Shown here: positions 1 through 12,330 of the stretch, in pieces
Layout: every line of letters starts with the position of its first letter
How positions within the stretch are numbered: position 1 is the first letter of the stretch
NCBI RefSeq assembly: GCF_963921235.1
Contig: NC_086097.1
Coordinates: 247,010,001 to 247,074,000 of the forward strand
Length of the DNA: 64,000 nt
Source of the DNA: Mobula hypostoma
Lineage: Eukaryota
Direction of reading: 5' to 3'
The notes under the pieces: generated by a model
Seen by the model: only the letters and a program-made list of their open reading frames with translations
Told to the model about the DNA's origin: nothing
Database searches by the model: none
Program-made: the position numbers and the translations under genes

Positions 1-364
1 GCCTGGGGTGGTGGTAGAGGAGATACATTAGGGACATTTAAGAAACTCTTAGATAGGCACATGGATGATAGAAAGATGGAGGGCTATGTAGGAGGGAAGG
101 GTTAGATTGGTCAAGGAGTAGATTAAAAGTTCAGCAAAACATTGTGGGCTGAAGGACATGTATTGTAATACTAAGTTTTATATGTTTACACCGACTGAAC
201 AGTCCAGAACTGTTAGGGTTTTGGACCTAATACATTAATAATGCCAGCAATGCCCATTTCCTCAAAACATGAAAAAAAAGGTTCCTGATCCTTTAGCTGG
301 TTGATGAAGCATTCACAACTTTTTTTTTCTGATTGCTTAATAACGACTCCATTATCACCAGATT

Positions 365-631
365 GGCCGGCTGGTGGCGCAATGGCATCAGCGCTGTACT
401 CCGGAACGAAGGTTCCTGAGTTCGAATCCAAGTTGGGCCACCCCCCGCCACCCCAGCACACTTTCCATCCATGCCGGGTTAAGCATCGAGCTATTCACTC
501 GGCCTTGTAAAAAAAAAGAGTCGAGTCAGGAACATTCATATTGTGGCCCGGTTAATCCGAAAGGAGACCAATCCTGACACCACGTGCCAGACAAGAATGG
601 CTGACTGTCTGGTGCGACACGATAAAAAAAA
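365..631 (+). mobile_element. Full-length tRNA-derived SINE with target-site duplication
   Basis: A-box TGGCGCAATGG, B-box GAGTTCGAATCC, 3' stem-loop (gccagaca/tgtctggt), A-tail. Exact 11-bp TSD atcaccagatt at 354-364 and 632-642. Confidence 0.9.
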
Positions 632-1937
632 ATCACCAGATTCAGTTTTTCCAGTGATCTGATCTCAAATTAAGTCACCCAGCCACGTTCAACAAGATTA
701 CAATGACCCAAAACAGACAAAGCAAATGCATTAAGAATAAACTGGATGTGGAGAGGATGTTTCCTGTTGTGGGGGAGTCTTAGACCAGAGGGCACAGCCT
801 CAGAATACAATGACGTCCCTTTAGAACAGAGATGAGGAGGGATTTCTTTAGCCAGAAGGGTTGTGAATCTTAAGAGACAAATGTCCTGGATTAAATTGTT
901 TTGGAATGAGCCAGACCAGTAAACCAAAGCAAGGAACCTGAATGCTTGTTCAATCTTTATGAACTTTCTATAATACTATATTATATAATGAACAGGTCAT
1001 TCAGATAGGAGTCTCAGCTTAATTCTTACTTTATCGTAACAATATATTCACCAATAAATTCAAATAAAAGCAATTTACGCTGACACCATTACAACCAATA
1101 ATCGCCACGCTTTTCCACAAAAACAATGAAGAGGTGACACATTCTGCAGCTTCCTGGTGCCTAGATTCATTTTTTGGGTGTGGTGCTTATTCTAACTTGC
1201 AACTGAATAACAACCATACCGTCTCTCACACACACATACAAAAAGTTTACAGCCTGAAGTTAAAAGCTTCCTCAAATCAGGTTAACGCCCATGCAACAGT
1301 GTTTACAAATAAAGTTGCCTGTAACAAAGAATACCACGACCAAGGTGTTGCTAGAAATCAAGTTAGGGCCACTGAACTGCAGGAGCAGCACCAGTTCAGC
1401 TTCAAATCAACACTGCGATATCACAATGTTTTAAAATACTTGTTCAGACAAGTTAAACACGACAGAAATCCTTTTCCCTCACTGTGAACAAACTGCTGTA
1501 TTTCAAATTACACAGAGGAAGAGAAAGCCTTGCTTTAATGAACAGCGATATGGACAAGAGTACAGTATCGTTTTGTTAAACTTTACCTTAAACAGACACA
1601 TTAAACAGGCAGCCAGGGATCCCAACCACAATATGCAATTAAAAGGGATGAGTCAGTCAGGCATACCACAATGTATTATGAATGCTGTCTCAACAAGTCA
1701 GGCTTTACCAATCAAGCAGTTCTATCGGCTCATTACCCCATTTCATTCTGGAGCACAGAATGACTGGGGAAAATGACATTCAATGATGGAATCATGTCAG
1801 AGATCACCACCACCCAGGTCATGCTCAATTCTCGCTGCTGCCATCAGGCAGAAGGTACAGGAGCCTCAGGACTCACACCATCAGGTTCAAGAACAGTTAC
1901 TACCCCTCATCCATCAGGCTCTTGAACAAAAGGGGAT

Positions 1938-3572
1938 AATGTGCTGGAGCTTTTGGAAAGCATCAAGTTGAATAAGTCACCGGGACCGGATAAGATATAC
2001 CCCAGGCTACTGTGGGAGGTGAGGGAGGAGATTGCTGAGTCTCTGGCAATGATCTTTGCATCATCAATCAGGACGGGAGAGGTTCCGGAGGATTGGAGGG
2101 TTGCAGATGTTGTTCCTTTATTCAAGAAAGGGAGTAGAGATAGCCCAGGAAATTATAGACCAGTGAGTCTTACTTCAGTGGTTGGTAAGCTGATGGAGAA
2201 GATCCTGACAGGCAGGATTTATGAACATTTGGAGAGGTATAATATGATTAGGAACAGTCAGCATGGCTTTGTCAAGGGCAGGTCCTGCCTTACGAACCTG
2301 ATTGAATTTTTTGAGGATGTGACTAAACACATTGATGAAGGAAGAGCAGTAGATGTAGTGTATATGGATTTCAGCAAGGCATTTGATAAGTTACCCCATG
2401 CAAGGCTTATTGAGAAAGTAAGAAGGCATGGGATCGAAGGGGACCTTGCTTTGTGGATCCAGAAGTGGCTTGCCCACAGGAGGCAAAGAGTGGTTGTAGA
2501 CGGGTCATATTCTGCATGGAGGTCAGTGACTAGTGGTGTGCCTCAGGGATCTGTTCTGGGACCCTTACTCTTGGTGATTTTTATAAATGACCTGGATGAG
2601 GGAGTGGAGGGATGGGTTAGTAAGTTTGCTGATGACACAAAGGTTGGAGGTGTTGTGGATAGTGTGGAGGGCTGTCAGAGGTTACAGTGGGATATTGATA
2701 GGATGCAAAACTGGGCTGAGAAGTGGCAGATGGAGTTCAACCCAGATAAATGTAAAGTGCAGACACGAGGAAATCTGCAGATGCTGGAAATTCAAGCAAC
2801 ACACACAAAAGTCAAATCTCTTACTATCTCTTCTTTCAAAGGGTCCCGGCCCGAAACGTTGACTGTACCTTTTCCTATAGATGCTGCCTGGCGTGCTGCG
2901 TTCACCAGCATTTTTTGTTTGTGTTGCTTAAGTGTGAAGTGGTTCATTTTGGTAGGTCAAATATGATGGCAGAATATAGTATTAATGGTAAGACCCTTGG
3001 CAGTGTGGAGAATCAGAGGGATTTTAGGGTCTGAGTCCATAGAATGCTCAAAGCAGCTGCGCAGGTTGACTCTGTGGTTAAGAAGGCATACAGTGTATTG
3101 GCCTTCATCAATCGTGGAATTGAGCTTAGGAGCCGAGAGGTAATGTTGCAGCTATATAGGACCCCACTTAAGAGTACTGTGCTCAGTTCTGGTTGCCTCT
3201 CTACAGGAAGGATGTGGAAACCATAGAAAGGGTGCAAAGGAGATTTACAAGGATCTTGCCTGGATTGGGGAGCATGCCTTATGAAAACAGGCTGAGTGAA
3301 CTTGGCCTTTTCTCCTTGGAGCGACAGAGGATGAGAGGTGACCTGATAGAGATGTACAAGATGATGAGAGGCACTGATCGTGTGGATAGTCAGAGACTTT
3401 TTTCCCCAGGGCTGAAATGGTTGCCACAAGAGGACACAGGTTTAAGGTGCTGGGGAGTAGGTACAGAGGAGATGTCATGGGTAAGCCTAGTAATTTCTAA
3501 GGTAGGGACATGTTCAGCACAACTTTGTGGGCCGAAGGGCCTGTATTGTGCTGTAGGTTTTCTATCTTTCTA
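1938..3572 (+). mobile_element. 5'-truncated CR1 LINE (RT domain and 3' end), interrupted by a Penelope-derived insert
   Basis: ORF 1941..2966 has [35 protein letters not shown] and FADD motifs; the C-terminus is frameshifted. Sits inside a Rex1-type 3' tail (about 1790-1937 and 3574-3820). Confidence 0.95.
2760..2928. mobile_element. Penelope pseudo-LTR-derived insert with inverted halves
   Basis: Same repeat family as 10285-10522. Imperfect 13-bp TSD taaatgtaaagtg (2747-2759) / taagtgtgaagtg (2929-2941). Explains the non-CR1 tail of ORF 1941..2966. Confidence 0.8.
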
Positions 3573-6500
3573 ACTACACTCATTTGCCCAATCATTGAAA
3601 TGATTTCACTTTAAGGACTGTTTATGTCATTATCTCATGCTCTCGTTATCTATTGCTATTTGCTTATATTTGCATTTGCAGTTTGTCGTCTTCTGCACTC
3701 TAGTCAATCTATAATTGAGCCTGCAATAGTTCCTATTCTTTAGATTTGCTGAGTATGCCCACAAGAAAATAAACTGTGACTATGTACTTCAGACAACAAA
3801 ATTTACTTTGAACTTTGAATCGTAGTATAAATCAACAATGCCACGTCTACTGAAAGGAGATAGCGGTGTGAGTGAATAGTGTCTTGTCCTCACCAATCTA
3901 ACTGCCACTGGTAAAGACAACTTCACATTGAGGACACTCCCCAATGCACGCAGATGGATGGATCTGAAAACCTAGCAGCTTAAAACTAGATGTCTCTTGA
4001 GCTGTCTGTAACACCATCACCATCATTAACCAAGCCTAGTTAAACATCAGTAGAGGAACATAGCAGGCGCGGAAGTAATGTTTGACCAGGACATGCCAAT
4101 CTAATAACTATAAATTAAAAAATTCCATCCATGCTGAACAGCAGAAGCAAAGTCTAACATTTCTGTAACTAGTAAATCAGAACAAAGTTCTGTAGAAGGT
4201 CAACAGCAGCTGTGAAGAGGAATCTCTGCCCAAAACTAAACTCTTTACTCCTTCCCAGAGATGCTGCCTGACCTGTTGAGATCCTCCAACATTTTGTGTG
4301 TGTTGCTCTGGATTTCCAGCACCTGCAGAACCTGCAACACCCAAATGTGAACAGTGGTCATTTACAGGTGGTGGGATACGGACTCCCAGGTCAAAGTTAG
4401 GATGTGGAAGCAGCTTAATTTGGATTTTAACAGTTCAGTGGGGTGCTTCGGCACAACCTTCTCAAAAGGGATTAGGGACGGGCATGAAGGCTTTTTCCCA
4501 GGGAAGAAACAGCTACTAACAGGGGGCAGAGTTTTAAGGTAATTGGAGGAAAGTGTAAGGGGGATTACAGAAGTAACTTCTTTACACGGACAGTGGTGGG
4601 TGGTGGTGAAGGCAGACACATTAGGGACATTTAAGAAACTCTTAGGTAGGCACATGGACGACAGAAAAATGGAGGGCTATGTAGGAGGGAAAGGTTAGAT
4701 CGATCTTGGAGTAGGTTAAAAAGCTGACATAATATTGTGTACCAGAGTGCCTGAACTTTGCTGTATTGTTCTATGAAATGCCCACGTTGCCAGCAACACT
4801 CACAGTTCACTTAGAAATTAAGAAAATTAACATTAATTTACCTCTTGCTCGGTGTAGAAAACTCCAGAAAACTCCATCCAACACTGAGCAAGAGAACAAG
4901 GATTAGATTGGACATCAAAAAAAGTTATATCATCAAAATTGGGTAACAAATAACCACAGGAATGTTATCAGTTTTTAGTGAAGACCAATACAAACTCACA
5001 CATAACACGCAAAATGCTGGAGGAACTCAGCAGGTCAGACAACATCTATATCCTGCAAAGAGAAATCATATCATTATCACCAGTTATCATTAGATTCTGC
5101 CTGACCTGCTGAGTTCTTCCAGCATTGCGTGATGGTTTAGGTTTCTCAGCATCTGCAGAATCTCTCCTGTTTATAATACAAACTCATTTATTTTAGTCAG
5201 ACTCCCTTTCCACAATGAACGTTATAATTTGAGATAATGTTAAATCAATACAATTTTAAACCACTATATTGCAAGGAGATTTGTAGACAATAATTTTCCT
5301 CTTCAACCTCTTTTAAATAAAGAGCATTAATCAAAGGCAATTAGGTGGTGACAACGTTAAAATCTAAGGGAATAAATCAGAAAATGAAAACATCCATGTT
5401 CAGTGACCATCTTTAAAAATATCAAAACTTATTGTTATAGTTTCAATTACTAAGGACCCCCGCCACCCAGGACACACCCTCTTCTCATTGCAGCCATCAG
5501 GTAGGATGCACACACGCAACGATTCAGGAACAGCTTCTTCCCCTCTGCCATCTGATTTCTGAATGGACATCGAACCCATGAACATTACCTCACTACTTCT
5601 TAATCTCTATTTTTGCACTACTTAATTTATATATATTTACTGCAATTAGTTTTTCATATATTATATAAAACATTACGTATTGCATGGTACTGCTGCTGTA
5701 AAGTTAACAAATATCACAACATAACCTGGTGATATTAACCTGATTCTTTCAAGTACAAGCTAGAGAGCCTTGAAATCGATGGAGGAGGCCTTTTGATCCA
5801 TGCTGATAGAATCAACTCTAAACACTTTTCCACTCTACACCCACTACTTTGCCCCCCCCCAACATTCCCTGAAGATTTTTCCCTTTTAAGATTTTCCAAA
5901 TCTCATTTCCTCTTCCTACTTTGATGATATAACTCACTAGAGCTTTTAGTTAATTTCTTCTGACTATTTTTGCCAATTATTTTGAATTTCTGGTTACTGA
6001 CAATGGAAGGAGTTTTTCAGGATTGATGATTTTCTGCAATTCACCCCACACGATGGCCTTTGCATGATTTTCTATTTTGGTTATCTCCTTTCAAGACTTC
6101 AAACATCCAACCAGTAAGGAACAGGTACGCACACAATGAAGTATTCCTGAAATTAAAGTAAATCCAACTCCTACTTGTAGAAATAACCAGATTATCAAGT
6201 GCAAACTAGGGGCAGTGGGAAAGAATCTGGCAAATTAAATGTTCACTTAATTAGACTAATCAGAATATGAGAAACATTACCAGCGTAGCTTGACAATTTG
6301 AGTTAAAAAATAAACTCAAACCCCACAGCACAAGAGTGAACATTGTACCTCAGATTCAGGACACTCTTGAGTCAACATGAACAGACGTGTTGACAATACC
6401 ACACAGGGTTGAGCGAGAAGCAGTTCGAGGCTCTGGACACTGTTGTTTTAATGCAGTAAAATATCCTGTTGCTACTTTATTCAATACTCCCCTTCACCAC

Positions 6501-7309
6501 ACAAAATTCAAAACAGAAATAAATCAACTAGCCATTCAAGGAAACTACGCTGCAGCGAACAACAGGTAATCAAAACTATCGAGTGTATCGCTGGCACTAG
6601 CAAGGACAGAGATACAGGAAAAAAAACAACAGTAACATCATGAAGGATCCCACCCAGCCTGCTCATGGACTGTTTGTCCCTATCCTCTTAGGGAGAAAGC
6701 TACGTTGCATCCACATCAAGGACCACCAGACTCAGAAACAGTTAACTTGCCCCAAGCAGGAAGGCTGATAAACACCCCCACCCACTAGCCCACCCCAACA
6801 GCACTACTTCATCATTTCCTGTCACTCCTGTGCCTATGAACATACAATCAATGTATATAAGCTCTCTTTATATTTATTGTGTTTTTTTAATGCTGCATTG
6901 GATCTGGAGTAACAATTATTTTTGCTCTTGACACTTGTGAACGGTAAACGACATTAATCTATCTTGAAGCCTTGTTCCTGATAATTGGGACACTATACAC
7001 ACTCAGTGGACATGCAAGAAGCATCCAGTCAAGTCCCACAGGATGGATGAGGGAACGTTTGCACAACATTTAGAAAATTCTTTTCTAATGTGTCAGAAAA
7101 CCATTCTGAGTGTTCTACAAAATTGTCACCATAACCCCACGTGACTTTGCTACAGCTCGCTCCTCTTCAAACCAGTCTGTAAGGCTTCATCTCGAGGCCA
7201 CCTCTGATGGCCATATTGAGGTCCTCCTTAATATATCCTCCATAAACTACAGGCAATCCAAAACCATTTACTCTGAAGCCTGTGCAGTCCCTGACACAGA
7301 AGAGATCAC

Positions 7310-7702
7310 CAGGGGTTGATTAACATGCAACAGAGAGAAAATTTACAAAGCTGTTGCCAGGATTTGAAGACCTGATTTATAGGGAAAGACTGAGTAAGTC
7401 AGAACTCTATTCTCTGTGTAGGGGAATGAGGGGAGATTTGATAGAGGCATACAAATTATGAGGGCTATAGTTAGGGTAAATACAAGCAGGCTTTTTCCAC
7501 TGAGGTTGGGTGGGACTAGAATTAGAGGTCATGGGTTAAGTGTGAAAAGTGAAATGCTTAAGGGGTACATGAGGGGGGAACTTCTTCTCTCAGAGGGCGG
7601 TGAGTGTGTGGAATGAGCTGCCAGCAGAAGAGGTGGATATGGGTCCAATTTCAACACTTAAGATAAGATTGGTTAAGTACATGGATCGGAGGGGTATGGA
7701 GG
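7310..7702 (+). mobile_element. CR1 3' fragment
   Basis: Decayed ...RGDLIEAYK...RGHG.. region and cagagggcggtg..gtggaatgagctgcc, similar to the other CR1 3' ends in the window. Confidence 0.8.
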
Positions 7703-9644
7703 TGTAATATTCTTTCTTTCTTTTCAAATCTTTTTATTGTTATATTATACAGGAAATACATACAGGTGTAATATTCAATCATGTTTGTGAGTCTAGCAAG
7801 TGTTACAGAAAGCACTCTCTGCAAGTAGGTATAGTGATCATTTATTTACAAACAGTAAAAATTCATGTTCCCCAAGTTACTGACACGACAAAGCCGAATA
7901 CTCAATAGACATTCGTACATTCAATTTACCTACTTGGTTAAAAGTGCGTGCCAAGCAGACCATCCCAATGGTCATGTCTTAAACAAAGGAAGAAGAGAGC
8001 AAGCCCCGTTCACATGCTGTTTTATACACCAAGGGCATTTGAAAGGGGACACCGGGCACCTATCCAATGGGAAAAGCAGGTGCTCCTTTTAAACAAACCA
8101 ACCACAATGGAAGTAGCTTTCGACAATCAGAATAAGGCACGCACTCACCCGCCCCCCCCCCCACAAGACAGGAGGGCTATGATCCAGATGCAGGTCGATA
8201 GGACTGGGTAGAATAACAGCTCAGCATGGACTAAAATGGGCCAAAGGGCCTGTTGCTGTGTTATAAGGCTCTATAAGGGTCTCAATTCAAAACATTGACT
8301 GTCCATTTCCCTCTGCCGATGCTGCTTCAGCATACTTGCCGTTGTTTTCATTAACCAAAAAGTCACGTTCACTCTCAAACCCTTTCCTCTTCCCTGGCTC
8401 CACAATCTATTTTAATCTAATGCCCCTTGTATCTAAGGTAATGGATTTATTGCTGGTGTGCTTTTAACGACACTTGGAACCTGTTTTCCAAAACACTGCA
8501 TCTCCCCTTTGATACTCTTTGAAAAGGAATGCTGGAACTTCCCCATTGGTCACCTGTCTCAGAGTTGTAGACACAGCCAGCTTCATCGTGGCCGCTAGCC
8601 TCCCCAGCATCAAGGACACCTTCAAAAGGCAATGCCTCAAAAACAGGTATATGGAGGAATTTACGGTGGGGGGGGGGGTATATGGGAGGCAGGGTTTGAG
8701 GGTCGGCACAACATTAAGGGCCTGTAACGTGCTGTACTATTCTATGTTCTAAAAAGGCAACATCCATCATCAAAGACAGCCATCACCCAGGACATGCCCT
8801 CTTCTCATCGCTAACATCAAGGTGGCGGTACAGAAGCCTGAAGACACACACTTTATGATTCAGGAACAGTTTCTTCACCTCCACCATCAGATTTCTGAAT
8901 AAACAATGAACCCATGAACTCTCCTTTTGCTCTTAGTTAATATTGTAATTTAGCTTTATTTCAAAGCACTGCAACCGCAAAAAGACAACAAATTTCACAG
9001 TACTATACCCGATTCAGAGAAGCTGTGTCAAATTGTATTTACTAACACTCCCGCCAAGCACCTTACTCCACTACAGAAATCATATTTAAGGAAGTGGGCG
9101 AGGTGAGTTTAGTAGGTAGCCTAGCGATTTGGGGTTCGGAGTAGAACAAGCCCGTAAAAGGGGTGGGGGGACAGGGCGGGTTGATGAGCGGCCCGGGGAC
9201 GGAGGGGCTTTGCAGCGGTTGAGTCCTACTGGAGGGTCTCGGCCCGAAACGCCGACCGTACTCTTTTTCATAGACTCTGCCAGGCCTGCTGAGTTCCTGA
9301 ACTCAGTTACTGAATGGACCAGGGACGGGGACTCCCAATGGATCGGGGGTGGTACGCTGGAGGCTCGGTAACAGGAGCTGGGGGACGGGGGATTGGGGAG
9401 GGGGTTGAGGGTGGTGAGGTACCGTGGGGGCCTGCGGACTCCCCGTGGATCAGGGGCGTGGTGCCGTGGAGGCACGGGAACGGCATCTCCCTGGGGATCG
9501 AGGCCCGGGTCTCCCCGCGGGGTGTGGTACCATGAAGGCCCGGGGATGGGGTCTCCCCATGAATCGGATCCCGGGGCCGGGACAACGGTTGAATGCCCGG
9601 GACCGGAGTCCCACCACCCACCCCTCCACAGACTTCAAACCCAC

Positions 9645-9800
9645 CGTCGACGGCGGTCGTGACCGATCTTTCCTCGACGCTCCTTCCCTCCTTGCGCTCA
9701 GCGATCGTCGCCCAGCCCAGCCCAGCCCCGCCCAGCCCCGCCGACTGCCGCCCACCCAGGCCGCTCCGATCACGGCGTCAGAGGGAGCGGCGGCCGAACG
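9645..9800 (-). other. Probable non-coding first exon of a minus-strand gene (RALA by synteny, unproven)
   Basis: Donor ACG|GTGGGT after 9645 within the CpG island, with no ATG in the exon. In human, RALA follows YAE1 in the same orientation and has a non-coding exon 1. No RALA coding exon seen in the window; the 5' boundary is approximate. Confidence 0.45.
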
Positions 9801-9904
9801 TCAGACAACAACCAGGCGGTGGTGGTGGCGGCGGAAGTGACGTCGCGCGCCGGCACCGCCGCTTCCGGAGCGTTGCTAACCCTGGGCGAGGGCGGGGGCC
9901 CGCC

Positions 9905-9924
9905 ATGGCGCGGGCTTTGTGCAG
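9905..9924 (+). CDS. Possible first coding mini-exon (MARALC..) of an unidentified divergent transcript
   Basis: Strong Kozak context cccgccATGG followed by CAG|GCAAGT, a consensus GC donor. Downstream exons not established. Confidence 0.3.
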
Positions 9925-10379
9925 GCAAGTGGGAACCGAGTGGCCTCGGCTGGTGTAAATCTCACAGTCTTTTCACCCCTGCTGTTGATGCAGTGCTTTA
10001 CCGTGGTAAAATTTACCGCGGTGTTTGGTAAGGGTAGCAACAGAGCGGGGGAATGGGTGTGGCGCTCTTGGGGCTGGCAGCTCCAGCTCCAGTTAAAGAA
10101 CGGCGACTGGAAAAGAAAAGGAAATTGTGGACTGAATTCCAGTAGTTAATGGCGTAGTTGCAAATAGTGGATTAGTTGAATTTGGGATAATCTAGAACAT
10201 AAATATTTTACCATATACTACCTTGAGATTAATTTTCTTGCAGACATTTACAGGAAAATAAAGAAATACAGTAGAATTTATGAACAGGAGGAAATCTGCG
10301 GATGCTGGAAATTCAAGCAACACACATCAAAGTTGCTGGTGAACGCAGCAGGCCAGGCAGCATCTCTAGGAAGAGGTAC

Positions 10380-10415
10380 AGTCGACGTTTCGGGCCGACA
10401 CCCTTCGTCAGGACT
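10380..10415 (-). ncRNA. Minimal type I hammerhead ribozyme motif
   Basis: Reverse complement reads agtc-CTGACGA-a-gggt gtcg gccc-GAAAC-GTC^gact. Confidence 0.8.
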
Positions 10416-10468
10416 AACTGAAAGAAGAGCTAAGAAGATCAAATCTCTTACTAGCTCTTCTTTCAGTT

Positions 10469-10504
10469 AGTCCTGATGAAGGGTGTCAGCCCGAAACGTC
10501 GACT
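10469..10504 (+). ncRNA. Minimal type I hammerhead ribozyme motif
   Basis: agtc-CTGATGA-a-gggt gtca gccc-GAAAC-GTC^gact. Stem I agtc/gact, intact core, loop-less palindromic helix III; predicted cut after 10500. Confidence 0.8.
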
Positions 10505-11084
10505 GTACCTCTTCCTATAGACAGAATTTATGAAAGTCTATACAATCAATGGGCAAAAGAAGACACACACAAAGTGCTGGGAAAACTCAGCAAGTCGGGC
10601 AGCATCTTTTATGACGAACAAACAGGATAAAAAGATGGGCAAGGGGAATGAGGCTAGCAAAAGAATACATTGTGCAAGTAAAGAATACTGAGAAGATGAG
10701 TTGTAGAATTCCTGAAAGTGAGTTCGTAAATTGTGGAATCAGTTCATTGTGAAGTTTTTCCACGCTGGTTCAGGAGCCTGGTGGTTGAAAAGTTGTAACT
10801 GTTCCTGAACCAGGTGGTGTGGGACTTTAGGCTCCTGTAGCAGAGAGTGGTGGGGAAAAAAATGTGTTTAATGATAGGATCGCATTGAAGTTGCTGCATC
10901 TGCCATTCACATCCTCTTTGAGCACCATTCAGAGCCCCAAATAGTCCTTCCAGGTGGGGCAGCACTTCACCTGTGAATCTGTTGGGGTTGTCTACGGCAT
11001 CTGGTGCGCCGGTGTGCTCCCACATTCCAAGAACATACATGTCGTTGGTTTATTGATCACATGGCTGTAATTGGGCAACAACGG

Positions 11085-11415
11085 CGTGTTGGGGGGTGGG
11101 GTGGAGATGCGTTTCTTCCAAAGGAGGAAAAAGGCGCTCCTTCCCTCCTCGAGCCTGCAGGTCACCCTTGGGCAAGGTGTAGCACCTGGTTAGCCCACCC
11201 CCCCGGATCAGGGTCATACTAAGCCATGGGAGCAGCTGGTGCATATCACAGGTTCTGGTTATGGCTGGGGTCACCTATCTTATAAAGACACTGCCCAGAA
11301 GAAGGCAATGGCAAACCACTTCTGTAGAAAAATTTGCCAAGAACAATCATGATCATGAGACCATGATTGCCCAGGTCATATGACACAGCTCATAATGATG
11401 ATGATGATGATGATG
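11085..11415 (+). mobile_element. Non-autonomous RTE-related retroposon with (GAT)n tail
   Basis: agaaggcaatggcaaaccac motif and (gat)n 3' tail; further minus-strand copies at about 26345-26720, 28800-29015 and 56490-56860. Confidence 0.7.
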
Positions 11416-11799
11416 AGGCTTGTTTGGCTGGAAGGGCCTGTTAGCTTGCTGTTTCTCAAAATTAAGTTAAACTTGGTTGGAATTCATACTCATTATCAAA
11501 TATTAGAAATCAAAATGTGAAGTTGCAGTTTGTAGCCATATATAGTACAATTACATTAGTACCAAGGACATTTCTCTTTGACTGAAGATAAAGAAAAGTG
11601 GAAGTAATTAAATTAATCTTTTTCTTATTTCATCTTGTTAGAATTCATGGCATAGTGCTGTCATATTTCTTACTTGTTTAATTGATGGCATTTGAAATAT
11701 ATTTGTTAAAAATTGGTGACAATATTTTTGAAAAACCTTATCCATTAGTCTGTATATTTTCTGCCTCATAGTCCATGTTGTTATAGCCACTATCTATTA

Positions 11800-12330
11800 A
11801 ATGCTCCCAATGGTGTGCACCTCAAATAGCCTCTGACAACCAAGTCCAGACCCTGGCCTTCACGTGTGGCTTAGCTACTAAGCCTGCTGGAACCATTTCT
11901 ACTGACAGGAGAAGCAGGCGAAGGTGTGTTACTGGCACCTTGAAACCCGTGGGTTCGGGCAGATGGGGCTCATCAGCTGTAGTTGGCAGCTCATCTAGGA
12001 GAAGGAAAACTCTGTTCTCAAATCTCTGCTGCCTTGCAGCTAGACCCACTCACGGGAAAGGTTTGAGGAGTAAACCCAGGGAAGAATCCTGAGGCAGTCC
12101 CACATTGAGTTCAACGCTGACTGGTAACTCCTGCATCACTGGTGGTGCCAGACTGTTTCAGTCTCTGCCGGTCTTTGGATTCATCAGATGCGTGGAGAGG
12201 GGGGGTGGGGGAGGGGGGAGCCTGCTGCGTGGGCAACAGCTTGCTCTCCATATTGTACTGCCCTGGCTTGGGTGTCATGCTGATGACTAGGGTGCAACAT
12301 CCATAGTTGAGCCTGACTAGTGGAGGGTCT
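11800..12330 (+). mobile_element. RTE-like 5' region / non-autonomous element
   Basis: ctaggagaaggaaaactctg motif typical of RTE 5' regions; second diverged copy at about 36575-37150. Confidence 0.6.

Larger units (their letters stand above)
9130..10060. promoter_or_regulatory. CpG island, probable bidirectional promoter
   Basis: The only long GC- and CpG-rich stretch in an otherwise CpG-depleted window. CGGAAGTGACGTC ETS-CRE composite 9832-9844, CTTCCGG 9862-9868, CGTTGCTAAC RFX-like half-site 9871-9880, GGGCGGGG 9890-9897. Confidence 0.85.
10285..10522. mobile_element. Penelope-like inverted pseudo-LTR insert carrying two hammerhead motifs
   Basis: Inverted repeat of about 10363-10432 against 10452-10520; exact 12-bp TSD agaatttatgaa at 10273-10284 and 10523-10534. 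Confidence 0.88.

Noticed and set aside
365..440. Possible tRNA gene
   Set aside because: Poor anticodon arm, no T-run terminator, and it continues into a SINE body with an A-tail and TSD.
1941..2966. 341-aa RT ORF as a domesticated gene or retron-like system
   Set aside because: Ordinary truncated CR1 ORF2. Its odd C-terminus is read-through into a Penelope insert, and downstream frames are broken.
1..9640. RALA coding exons
   Set aside because: No MAANK/GSGGVGKS-encoding sequence seen, so the RALA assignment rests on synteny only.
9086..10149. Cluster of overlapping Pro/Arg/Gly-rich ORFs
   Set aside because: Expected by-product of stop-codon scarcity in a CpG island; no recognisable domain.
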